Shown here: positions 1-10,289 of the stretch, piece by piece | Layout of the letters: every line of letters starts with the position of its first letter | Position numbering within the stretch: position 1 is the stretch's first letter | Source of the DNA: Candidatus Methylomirabilis oxygeniifera | GTDB lineage: Bacteria > Methylomirabilota > Methylomirabilia > Methylomirabilales > Methylomirabilaceae | DNA length: 32,000 bases | Direction of reading: 5' to 3' | Assembly (NCBI GenBank): GCA_000091165.1 | Contig: FP565575.1 | Span: forward strand, 240,001-272,000 | Translations under genes and position numbers: made by a program | The notes under the pieces: generated by a model | What the model was told of the DNA's origin: nothing | What the model saw: only the letters and a program-made list of their open reading frames with translations | The model's database searches: none

Positions 1-1
1 G

Positions 2-1177
2 CGCGGAGGAGAGCGATGCCTGGAAGCGCTCTGCGAGCTCCTTCCGACAGCGGATATCTTTACCCTGCTGCACGTACAGGGAAGCGTATCGAAGACCATC
101 GAACAGCGGCGGATCCGGACGTCGGTCATTCAGACGTTGCCGTTTGCCGCGACCCACTATCGCTACTATCTGCCCCTCTTTCCGTGGGCCATCGAGCAAT
201 TCAAGCTCGATGGATACGATCTGATCCTCTCCAGCAGCCACTGTGTGGCGAAAGGGATCAAGCCTCCGCCACAAGCGCTGCACATCGCGTATCTGTACAC
301 CCCGATGCGATACATCTGGGATATGCAGGATGCCTACGTCGCCTCCGGTCGGATGGGTCCGGTGTCCAGACTGATGCTGCCCGCCATCGCCGGACGGTTA
401 CGGCGGTGGGATATCGCGGTCAACACCAGGGTTGATCACTTTATTGCTATCTCATATTATGTAGCGGATCGGGTCCGCCGCCATTACGGTCGGGAGGCTA
501 TCGTCATCTATCCTCCGGTCGAGACCGCCCGGTTTCATATCGCCGAGCGGACGGATGACTACTACCTGGCGGTCGGCGCCTTCGCCCCCTATAAGCGGAT
601 CGACCTGGCGATCGAGGCCTTTAACCGCTTGCGGCGACGCCTGGTGATCGTGGGTGAGGGACAGGAGGGGAGTCGCCTGCGGCACATGGCAGGTCCTACT
701 ATCGAGTTTCTCGGGTGGCGATCCGATCGCGAGGTCGCCGACCTTCTCAGCCGCTGCCGTGCGCTGGTCTTTCCGGGTGAAGAAGACTTCGGCATTCTCC
801 CTGTAGAAGCGATGGCCTGTGGACGGCCGGTCATTGCGTATGGGAGGGGCGGCGTGACGGAAACCGTGATTCCGCTGGAGCGTTCAGCGTTCAGCGTTCA
901 ACGTTCTGGGTTGCAGAACGCCTTCAGCCTTCAGCCTTCAGCCTTCAGCCTCGGACCTCAACCTCCCACCGGCGTGTTCTTCTATGAACAGACCGTCGAG
1001 GCGCTGGTTGATGCGATTGATCTTTTTGAGCGCTCATCCGATCGTTTCGATCCGGAGGCGCTTCGCGCGCACGCCCTCACGTTCGACCGTTCGATCTTCG
1101 AGAAGCGGATCGCAAGCTATATCGATGAACGTCTTGAGGAATGGACACGTGGGGGGCGCCGTCGTCGGCCATGCTGA
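2..1177 (+). CDS. Glycosyltransferase family 4 (group 1), 5'-truncated by window edge
   Basis: Frame is open upstream of the listed ATG at 137 to the window edge (RGGERCLEALCELLPTADIFTLLHVQGSVSKTIEQRRIRTSVIQTLPFAATHYRYYLPLFPWAIEQF). GT4 motifs: VGAFAPYKRIDLAIEAF, FPGEEDFGILPVEAMACGRPVIAY. Confidence 0.9.
   Translation, partial: RGGERCLEALCELLPTADIFTLLHVQGSVSKTIEQRRIRTSVIQTLPFAATHYRYYLPLFPWAIEQFKLDGYDLILSSSHCVAKGIKPPPQALHIAYLYTPMRYIWDMQDAYVASGRMGPVSRLMLPAIAGRLRRWDIAVNTRVDHFIAISYYVADRVRRHYGREAIVIYPPVETARFHIAERTDDYYLAVGAFAPYKRIDLAIEAFNRLRRRLVIVGEGQEGSRLRHMAGPTIEFLGWRSDREVADLLSRCRALVFPGEEDFGILPVEAMACGRPVIAYGRGGVTETVIPLERSAFSVQRSGLQNAFSLQPSAFSLGPQPPTGVFFYEQTVEALVDAIDLFERSSDRFDPEALRAHALTFDRSIFEKRIASYIDERLEEWTRGGRRRRPC
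879..954. repeat. 7-nt-phased tandem repeats inside glycosyltransferase CDS
   Basis: agcgttc|agcgttc|agcgttc|aacgttc ... gccttca|gccttca|gccttca|gccttca|gcctcgg. Confidence 0.95.
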
Positions 1178-2574
1178 AACGCCATAGCCAGTTTATCGAA
1201 AGTCTCATGCTGATTGCCGATCTGCTGGTGATCAGCGCCAGTTGGCTCGGGTCGTACTATTTCCGCTTCTATTGGGGGCCGGTTCAAGTCTATCGCGACA
1301 TTCCTGACGTCCGTCCGTACCTCCTCCTGCTCGGTCTCATCATCATCGTTTGGGGGATCGCGTTTAAAGCCTTCGGGTTGTATCGTCCCAAGCGCATCTC
1401 CTCACGGCTTGCTGAGGTGAGGGATATCGCGAAGGCCTGTACGCTCGCGGTGTTGATCCTGATTGCGGCCACCTTCTTTCTGAAGCAGTTCGAGTTCTCG
1501 CGGGTTGTGATTCTCTATTTTTGGATCTTCAGTATCGTGTCGGCCAGCCTTGTCAGGAGCAGCTTCCGCGAGGTGCTCCGCATGACGAGACGTAAAGGAT
1601 ACAATCTCCGGCATGTTCTGATTGTCGGCGACGGGGTGTTGGCGCGACAGGTCGTAGAAAGGATCCGCGTACGCCCGGAATTGGGGTTACGTATCAGGGG
1701 ACTCCTGGTTGGAGATCCGGGGATGGTCGGACGACAGGTTGACGAGCTGAGCGCGCTCGGCACCTATGAGCAGGCGGGAGAGCTGGCGGAAGAGCTGTCG
1801 ATCGATAGGGTCTTTATCGCCATTCCACTGGAGGCCTACGGACGAATGGAGGGGATCCTCCGAGGTCTGGAGAATGGGACTGCCGCCGTCCACGCCGTGC
1901 CGGATCTTCATCAGTTCATGACCTTGCGTGGCGGGGTGGAGGAGTTTGACGGCCTGCCCCTTATCAGCCTGCAGGACTCGCCCCATTACGGGTGGAGCCT
2001 GGTCGGCAAACGGGCGATAGATCTGGTGTTGTCGAGCGTCACTCTCCTGGTCATCGGACCGCTGTTGCTCCTCGTTGCGGCCATCATCAAGTTCACATCG
2101 CCGGGCCCGGTCCTGTACCGTCAGGAGCGCATGGGTCTCGACGGCAGAACCTTCCATATGTTGAAGTTCCGGTCGATGCGGGACGAGGCTGAAGAGGAGA
2201 CCGGCCCGGTGTGGGCCGCGCGCGACGACGAGCGTCGAACGGGGGTCGGCGCCTTACTTCGTCGAACCTCGCTGGATGAACTGCCGCAACTGGTCAATGT
2301 GTTGAAGGGGGAGATGAGTCTGGTTGGTCCCCGGCCGGAGCGGCCGGTCTTTATAGAGGAGTTTCGAAAGCGGATCCCCCGGTATATGCTTCGACATAAG
2401 GTGAAGGCGGGCATCACCGGGTGGGCTCAGATCAACGGGTGGAGGGGCGATACCTCAATCGAGAAACGGATCGAGTGTGACCTGTTCTATATTGAGAACT
2501 GGTCAATATTTTTCGATCTAAGGATTCTCTGGCTGAGTTTCTGGAAAGGGTTCATTCATAAGAATGCGATCTGA
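1171..2574 (+). CDS. Exopolysaccharide biosynthesis polyprenyl glycosylphosphotransferase (WbaP/WcaJ-like undecaprenyl-phosphate sugar transferase)
   Basis: N-terminal TM helices plus bacterial sugar transferase motif KRAIDLVLSSV...KFTSPGPVLYRQERMGLDGRTFHMLKFRSMR...DELPQLVNVLKGEMSLVGPRPERP. Start placed at ATG 1171 rather than 1141; overlaps upstream stop. Confidence 0.93.
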   Translation: MLKRHSQFIESLMLIADLLVISASWLGSYYFRFYWGPVQVYRDIPDVRPYLLLLGLIIIVWGIAFKAFGLYRPKRISSRLAEVRDIAKACTLAVLILIAATFFLKQFEFSRVVILYFWIFSIVSASLVRSSFREVLRMTRRKGYNLRHVLIVGDGVLARQVVERIRVRPELGLRIRGLLVGDPGMVGRQVDELSALGTYEQAGELAEELSIDRVFIAIPLEAYGRMEGILRGLENGTAAVHAVPDLHQFMTLRGGVEEFDGLPLISLQDSPHYGWSLVGKRAIDLVLSSVTLLVIGPLLLLVAAIIKFTSPGPVLYRQERMGLDGRTFHMLKFRSMRDEAEEETGPVWAARDDERRTGVGALLRRTSLDELPQLVNVLKGEMSLVGPRPERPVFIEEFRKRIPRYMLRHKVKAGITGWAQINGWRGDTSIEKRIECDLFYIENWSIFFDLRILWLSFWKGFIHKNAI

Positions 2575-2579
2575 TAGTG

Positions 2580-2647
2580 TCTAGTGTCAAGTGTTGAGTT
2601 GAATACCCGCACCTCAAGACTCTGCACTCAACACTCAACACTGCAAA
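2580..2647. repeat. 7-nt-phased spacer repeat
   Basis: tctagtg|tcaagtg|ttgagtt ... ctcaaga|ctctgca|ctcaaca|ctcaaca|ctgcaaa; GTGTTGAGT can pair with ACTCAACAC. Confidence 0.85.
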
Positions 2648-2669
2648 CCGTGTTTGCTCGGGAGGTCTC

Positions 2670-3590
2670 ATGAAAGTACTGGTGACGGGTGGCGCGGGAT
2701 TCATCGGGTCTCATGTTGTAGATGCCCTGGCGAAAGAGGGCCATGACGTTGCTGTGGTCGATGACCTCTCGAAGGGGAAGCGAGAACAGGTACATCCTTC
2801 GGCACGCTTTTACCAGGTAGATATTCGTAATCGTCAGGTCCTCGAGGAGGTCTTTCGTGCCGAGCGTCCAGAGGTCGTCAATCATCATGCGGCCCAGGGT
2901 AACCTGCGCCGGTCGATGACTGAACCGTCGTTTGACGCCTCCGTCAATATCGTCGGCTCGCTGAATCTGTTCGAGCTGGCCCTCGCCTGCACGGTGAGGA
3001 AGTTCGTGTTCATCTCGTCGGGGGGGGCGGTCTATGGCGAACCCCAGCGGCTGCCTGTCGATGAACGTCATCCGACCTGTCCGATGTCCGCGTACGGGCT
3101 CAGTAAATACACTGTAGAGCAGTACCTGCGTCTCTTCGATGGGTCCGGGTTGGATTATACGATCCTGCGGTACGCGAATGTGTACGGTCCGCGGCAGGAT
3201 CCCACCGGCGAGGCCGGTGTCGTAGCGATCTTCAGTCGGCAGATGCTCGCCGGCGAGCGTCCGACGATTTTCGGCGACGGTACCAAGACCAGGGACTACG
3301 TTTACGTTGGTGATGTTGTTGCGGCGAACCTCTTAGCCATGACGGGGAAGGGGGCCTCAGGTCGAAGCTATAATATAGGTCTGGGGCGCGAGGTCAGCGA
3401 TTGGCAGATCTTCGAGTTGGTACGGAGCGCGGTTGGCGCCACGCTGGAGCCGATTCTGGCAACCAAACGACCCGGAGAGATCGATAGAATCTGCCTGGAC
3501 GCCTCCTTAGCCAAGACAGAGCTGGGCTGGGAGCCGGCCATGTCCCTTGAGGAGGGAATGGCCAGAACCGTTGCGTTTTATCGTGGGTAA
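2670..3590 (+). CDS. NAD-dependent epimerase/dehydratase, UDP-glucose 4-epimerase-like
   Basis: GGAGFIGSHVVD Rossmann motif, SSGGAVYGE, YGLSKYTVEQYL (YxxxK), RYANVYGPRQDP. Confidence 0.9.
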   Translation: MKVLVTGGAGFIGSHVVDALAKEGHDVAVVDDLSKGKREQVHPSARFYQVDIRNRQVLEEVFRAERPEVVNHHAAQGNLRRSMTEPSFDASVNIVGSLNLFELALACTVRKFVFISSGGAVYGEPQRLPVDERHPTCPMSAYGLSKYTVEQYLRLFDGSGLDYTILRYANVYGPRQDPTGEAGVVAIFSRQMLAGERPTIFGDGTKTRDYVYVGDVVAANLLAMTGKGASGRSYNIGLGREVSDWQIFELVRSAVGATLEPILATKRPGEIDRICLDASLAKTELGWEPAMSLEEGMARTVAFYRG

Positions 3591-3713
3591 GTGCACTCCG
3601 TGGCAGGGGAGAAAGACGTTGAATTTTCTCACGATTTCAGCTACCCTGACCCATAATCGGCATTAGTCAAAAAGGCTTCGACAGGGAGTATCACTATTCG
3701 ATATCCACAGATT

Positions 3714-4673
3714 GTGACCCGTTTTCCCCGGAAGCAGCTTCTCGTCCTGGGTGATATCATGGTGGACGAGTATATCTGGGGGAGCGTGTCGCGGCTATCT
3801 CCGGAGGCCCCGGTTCCGGTCGTGGAGGTAAAGGCCGAGAGTTTTCGTCTGGGGGGCGCGGGCAATGTAGCGGCCAACATTCAATCCTTAGGCGGACGAG
3901 CGATCCTGGCAGGGGTCGTCGGCAATGATCTGCCTGGGGAGCGACTGATTCAGGAGATTGAGGCTGCCGGGATCAAAAGCGATGGGGTGGTGGTAGACCG
4001 CGCGCGCCCGACCACCATCAAAACCCGAGTGGTTGCGGGGAGCCAACAGATCGTTCGGTTCGATCGGGAGAGTATGTCGGATCTCTCGAAAGAGGCGGCG
4101 GATCGGCTGCTTGAGGTGGTGACGAGCCGGCTTGCTGAGGCGGATGCCGTGCTTATCTCGGATTACGCGAAGGGAGTGATCAGTAAGCGGGTTGCCAGAC
4201 AGATCCTCTCTCTGGCGCGGCGTCATCGGAAAATCGTCATCGTCGATCCGAAAGTCCACCACTTTCCCCTCTACAAGGGGGCGACCGTCATTACCCCCAA
4301 TCATCACGAGGCCTTAGCCTTCGCCCATCTTCCCGCATGGGGACAAGAAGATCTCCTGGCTGTTGCGGGAAGGGAGTTACTTCGAAAACTCGAAGTCAAG
4401 GCCATATTGATCACGCGGGGAGAGGCCGGGATGTCGCTCTTCGAGGATGGACGGGTGACGCATATTCCGGCAGTGGCGAAGGAGGTCTATGATGTCACAG
4501 GGGCGGGAGACACTGTTCTGGCAGCCTTTGCCCTGGCTATGGCATCGGGTGCCTTCCTGCGAGAGGCGGCCGTCATTGCCAATCATGCCGCCGGTGTCGT
4601 CGTGGGGAGAGCCGGAACGGCAACGATCAGTCGTGAAGAGCTGCTGGACGCATTAAAATACGGGTCTGGATAA
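3714..4673 (+). CDS. rfaE1: RfaE/HldE-type D-beta-D-heptose 7-phosphate kinase domain (PfkB family)
   Basis: LGDIMVDEYIWGSVSRLSPEAPVPVVEV, GGAGNVAANIQSLGG, VTGAGDTVLAAFALAMASG; GTG start. Confidence 0.9.
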   Translation: MTRFPRKQLLVLGDIMVDEYIWGSVSRLSPEAPVPVVEVKAESFRLGGAGNVAANIQSLGGRAILAGVVGNDLPGERLIQEIEAAGIKSDGVVVDRARPTTIKTRVVAGSQQIVRFDRESMSDLSKEAADRLLEVVTSRLAEADAVLISDYAKGVISKRVARQILSLARRHRKIVIVDPKVHHFPLYKGATVITPNHHEALAFAHLPAWGQEDLLAVAGRELLRKLEVKAILITRGEAGMSLFEDGRVTHIPAVAKEVYDVTGAGDTVLAAFALAMASGAFLREAAVIANHAAGVVVGRAGTATISREELLDALKYGSG

Positions 4674-4679
4674 GCGATC

Positions 4680-6441
<1,762 letters not shown>

Positions 6442-6445
6442 CCCA

Positions 6446-7285
6446 ATGGCACTCACAAGACAGGTTCAGATCGGTAAACTCACGCTGGGCGGTGGAGCGC
6501 CGCTTCTCCTGGTGGCCGGCCCATGTGTCATTGAGAGCGAGGATCACCTGCTCAGGGTCGGTGAGGCGATCAGGACGGTCTGTGAGACATGCCGAGTTCC
6601 CTTCATCCTGAAGGCCTCTTATGATAAGGCGAATCGGTCGTCAGGCCGTTCGTTCCGCGGTCCGGGTCTAGAGGAGGGGCTTCGCATCCTGGAGCGGGTC
6701 AAGGCGAAGCTGGATGTGCCCGTGATCTCCGACGTCCACGACATACAGCAGATATCGGCCGCGGCTCAGGTGCTGGATATTCTTCAGATCCCGGCGTTCT
6801 TGTGTCGGCAGACCGACCTGCTTGTCGCCGCCGCAAGGTCAGGTAAACCGGTCAATGTGAAGAAGGGACAGTTTCTATCGCCATGGGATGCCGGCAATAT
6901 TGTGGAGAAGCTCCGATCCGCCGGTTCTGAGGCGATCATTCTGACGGAGCGGGGAAGCAGTTTCGGCTACAACAACCTGGTGGTGGACATCCGTTCGCTC
7001 CCGATCATGCGCAGTTTCGGCTATCCGGTCCTGTTCGATGTCACCCACAGCGTACAACTGCCTGGCGGGGCGGGCGATGCCTCGGGAGGACAGCCGGAAT
7101 TTGTCCCCTATGTTGCGCGCGCCGCTGTGGCGGCAGGGGTCGATGGGCTCTTTATGGAGGTCCATCCCGATCCCGCCAATGCGCCGAGCGACGGCCCTAC
7201 CATGCTCCGGCTCGATGCGCTTCCGGGACTGCTGAATCAGTTGACCGCAATTGAGCGTGTGGTCACACCATACGTCAACGGATGA
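6446..7285 (+). CDS. kdsA: 3-deoxy-8-phosphooctulonate (Kdo-8-P) synthase
   Basis: [71 protein letters not shown]. Confidence 0.97.
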   Translation: MALTRQVQIGKLTLGGGAPLLLVAGPCVIESEDHLLRVGEAIRTVCETCRVPFILKASYDKANRSSGRSFRGPGLEEGLRILERVKAKLDVPVISDVHDIQQISAAAQVLDILQIPAFLCRQTDLLVAAARSGKPVNVKKGQFLSPWDAGNIVEKLRSAGSEAIILTERGSSFGYNNLVVDIRSLPIMRSFGYPVLFDVTHSVQLPGGAGDASGGQPEFVPYVARAAVAAGVDGLFMEVHPDPANAPSDGPTMLRLDALPGLLNQLTAIERVVTPYVNG

Positions 7286-7286
7286 C

Positions 7287-7328
7287 AGGGTATAGGGTAC
7301 AGGGGGTAGGGTGTAGGGTGTAGGGTGG
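7287..7328. repeat. 7-nt-phased spacer repeat between kdsA and msbA
   Basis: agggtat|agggtac|agggggt|agggtgt|agggtgt|agggtgg. Confidence 0.93.
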
Positions 7329-7396
7329 AAGAGAAACGAAGTTCTCCAACGATCTATGCGTGTTGCTACCCGACACCCCGCACCCGGCACTGAAAG

Positions 7397-9223
7397 ATGC
7401 AAACTCCCCTGCAACAATTCCTTCGCGTGCTTCGCTGCGCCGCTCCCTACCGGGCGCGGGTCATTCTTGCCGTCGTTTCCCTGATCCTCATCGCCGTCCT
7501 CAATGCGGTGTCTATCGGTTCGCTCCAGCCGATCTTTGACGGTCTCTTCGCCGCGGAGGGCATCGGATCAGGGATCAGTCTGCCTGATCCGATCATGACC
7601 CTGCTCGGACATCGGCTGGTCCGGTTTCAGGCGTTCCTCCAGGCTCATCGGATCAGCACCCTCACCTTTATCGGCGGGGCCCTCTTCTTCGTCTTTGTGG
7701 CGAAAGGCGCGCTTATTTACATCCAACAACTGCAACTACGGTATGTGGCGGAGGGGATTCAGCGGGATATCCGAAACGATCTGTACACGCATCTGCACGC
7801 GCTGTCCCTCGGCTTTTTTACGCGACGCTCGACAGGCGAGATCATGTCCCGCCTCAGCTCTGACGTCGAAAGCCTTGGCGACGCTTCGACCGAACTCTTC
7901 CGTAACGCCCTGAGGGAGCCGTTCAATATTGTCGGGCTCATCGTATTGCTCTTTCTGATCAAGTGGCAGCTCGCGATCCTGTCGTTGCTCGTCCTGCCGG
8001 TGGCGCTCCTGCCGATTGTGAAGTTCGGTTCCAAGATCCGTCGCAGGGGAACCCTGGTCCAAGAGGGGCGCGCCGAATTGAATACGATCCTGCAGGAAAC
8101 GATTTCCGGCGTCAGGATCGTCAAGGCCTTCGGCATGGAAGAGTATGAGCGGAGACGGTACCGCCATGCCAGTGAGCAGCTTTTCAAAGCCGTGATGCGG
8201 ATCGCCAAGGTTGATGCGCTGACCTCGCCGGTCCTTGAGGTTCTCGGGTCCGTAGGTATTGTTGTCGCGATCTGGGTCGGCGGCTATCTGGTATTTTCAA
8301 AAAGTTTGACCCCTGGAGCGTTCATGGCGTTCCTCGGAGCGCTCGCGTCCCTCTATCAACCGGTCAAGCGGATCAGCCAGATCAATAACAATATTCAGCG
8401 CGGAATGGCCGGCGCCGCGCGGGTATTTGAGATCATGGACCTCCGTCCCGATCTGGTGGAGCAGCCTGGTGCCGCGACGCTCGGGCGGATGCAGGAAGGG
8501 ATACGGTTCCACAACGTGTCCTTCGCCTATGGATCGGAACGGACCGTGCTGCGCGGCATCAGTTTCGGAGCCAAGCTGGGTGAGATCGTTGCGGTCGTCG
8601 GCAGCAGCGGGGCCGGGAAGAGCACCATGGTCAACCTCATCCCGCGCTTCTACGATCCGACGGAGGGCGTCATTACAATCGATGGGGTCGATATCGCGCG
8701 GGCAACCCTGTCGTCGTTGCGCGCACAGATGGGGATCGTGACCCAGGACACGATCTTATTCGACGACACCATCCTGAACAATATCGCCTACGGGCAGCGT
8801 GACGTCGCGTCGGATCTCGTCGTAGAGGCCGCCAGGATTGCCAACGCCGACGAGTTCATCGAGGCCCTCCCGGAGCGGTACGAGACCAGGATCGGCGAGC
8901 GGGGTGTCCGGCTGTCCGGCGGAGAGAAGCAGCGGATCGCCATCGCGAGGGCGATCCTGAAGAACCCGCCTATCCTGATCCTGGATGAAGCGACATCGGC
9001 CCTCGACGCAGAGTCGGAGCGGCTGGTGCAGGAGGCGCTGGATCGGCTGATGCAGAATCGGACCACCTTTGTGATCGCGCACCGGCTGTCCACCGTGATT
9101 CGGGCCGACAAGATTCTGGTGCTGGACGCCGGAAGCTGCGTCGAGCAAGGGACGCACCCGGAGCTGATGGCGCTAGGCGGGGTCTATTGCCGACTGTACA
9201 ATACACAGCGTGCTCACGCCTGA
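7397..9223 (+). CDS. msbA: Lipid A export ABC transporter, permease/ATPase MsbA
   Basis: ABC exporter TM domain; Walker A VVGSSGAGKSTMVNLIPRFYDP, signature VRLSGGEKQRIAIARAIL, Walker B ILILDEATSALD. Confidence 0.93.
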   Translation: MQTPLQQFLRVLRCAAPYRARVILAVVSLILIAVLNAVSIGSLQPIFDGLFAAEGIGSGISLPDPIMTLLGHRLVRFQAFLQAHRISTLTFIGGALFFVFVAKGALIYIQQLQLRYVAEGIQRDIRNDLYTHLHALSLGFFTRRSTGEIMSRLSSDVESLGDASTELFRNALREPFNIVGLIVLLFLIKWQLAILSLLVLPVALLPIVKFGSKIRRRGTLVQEGRAELNTILQETISGVRIVKAFGMEEYERRRYRHASEQLFKAVMRIAKVDALTSPVLEVLGSVGIVVAIWVGGYLVFSKSLTPGAFMAFLGALASLYQPVKRISQINNNIQRGMAGAARVFEIMDLRPDLVEQPGAATLGRMQEGIRFHNVSFAYGSERTVLRGISFGAKLGEIVAVVGSSGAGKSTMVNLIPRFYDPTEGVITIDGVDIARATLSSLRAQMGIVTQDTILFDDTILNNIAYGQRDVASDLVVEAARIANADEFIEALPERYETRIGERGVRLSGGEKQRIAIARAILKNPPILILDEATSALDAESERLVQEALDRLMQNRTTFVIAHRLSTVIRADKILVLDAGSCVEQGTHPELMALGGVYCRLYNTQRAHA

Positions 9224-9230
9224 GGCAACG

Positions 9231-10289
9231 ATGGCCGATCTGACTGCGACGATCATCACCCATAACGAGGAAAAGACTATCCAGGCGTGCCTGGAGAGCG
9301 TGACGTGGGCGAAGGAGATCGTGATAGTGGACTCCGGCAGTTCGGACCGCACCCTGGAGATCTGCCGGGGCTACACCGATAAGATTGTGCATCATCCATG
9401 GGCCGGATTCATCGAGCAGAAGAATTTTGCCGTCTCCCTTGCCACGTATGATTGGATTCTGAACCTTGACGCCGACGAACGAGTGCCCGAAGAGCTTCGT
9501 CTGGCCATTGAGCGGGAGCTGTCGGCGCCCCGCCACGACGGGTATCGGATTGCGCGCAGGAACTACTTCCTGGGACGGTGGATACGACATGGGGGGTGGT
9601 ATCCCGATCGAGTGCTTCGCCTGTTTGATCGACGCACAGGGCGGTTCGGGGGCGTGAATCCCCACGCCTACTTCGTCATTCCTGAAGGCTCCGTAGGCTT
9701 CATTGACAGCGATCTGATCCATTACACCTATCAAGACCTCTCGCAATATCTCCAAAAGCAGGACTGGTACTCAGGGATCTCGGCATCGGAACGGGTCAAG
9801 TGGGGGCGGCGGTCCGATTCGATCACACAGATAGAACTGCTGCTGCGGGCGATGCTGAAGTTTGTACAGGTGTATCTACTCAAGCGGGGATTTCTGGATG
9901 GGATGCATGGGTGGATTGTCGCAGCGGGTGCGTCCTACTTCAATATTTTTAAGTATGCCAAGGTATGGGAGGCGGGGTGTACCCGCGATCGAATCGTGAA
10001 AGAGGCTCCGACCGACGGCCTCGCCGGGTCGAGCATCCATGGGCAGCTCTGGCGGCTTGACGCCGAGACCCAGGCCGGCGCCGAGGCGGTGGAACACCTC
10101 GGCGATGTCGGCTGGATCGATGTCGCCGTTCAACCCTTCTTGACCTTTGCGAAGGTGTATCTGTATCGGCAGGCCTGTCGCAATGGGTTGCGCGGGCTGG
10201 TTGACGCAACATTGATGAGTTTCCATATCTTTGTTCGGCATGTGAAGGCATGGGAACTGCTGTTGCGCCGTGAAAGGCTGCGTGAGTGA
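9231..10289 (+). CDS. Glycosyltransferase family 2, LPS core WaaE/KdtX-like
   Basis: MADLTATIITHNEEKTIQACLESV..EIVIVDSGSSDRTLEIC...WILNLDADERVP. ATG at 9231 preferred over 9210. Confidence 0.85.
   Translation: MADLTATIITHNEEKTIQACLESVTWAKEIVIVDSGSSDRTLEICRGYTDKIVHHPWAGFIEQKNFAVSLATYDWILNLDADERVPEELRLAIERELSAPRHDGYRIARRNYFLGRWIRHGGWYPDRVLRLFDRRTGRFGGVNPHAYFVIPEGSVGFIDSDLIHYTYQDLSQYLQKQDWYSGISASERVKWGRRSDSITQIELLLRAMLKFVQVYLLKRGFLDGMHGWIVAAGASYFNIFKYAKVWEAGCTRDRIVKEAPTDGLAGSSIHGQLWRLDAETQAGAEAVEHLGDVGWIDVAVQPFLTFAKVYLYRQACRNGLRGLVDATLMSFHIFVRHVKAWELLLRRERLRE

Noticed and set aside
8970-9755. 261-aa minus-strand ORF opposite msbA/GT2
   Set aside because: Antisense shadow of well-supported CDSs; no motif.
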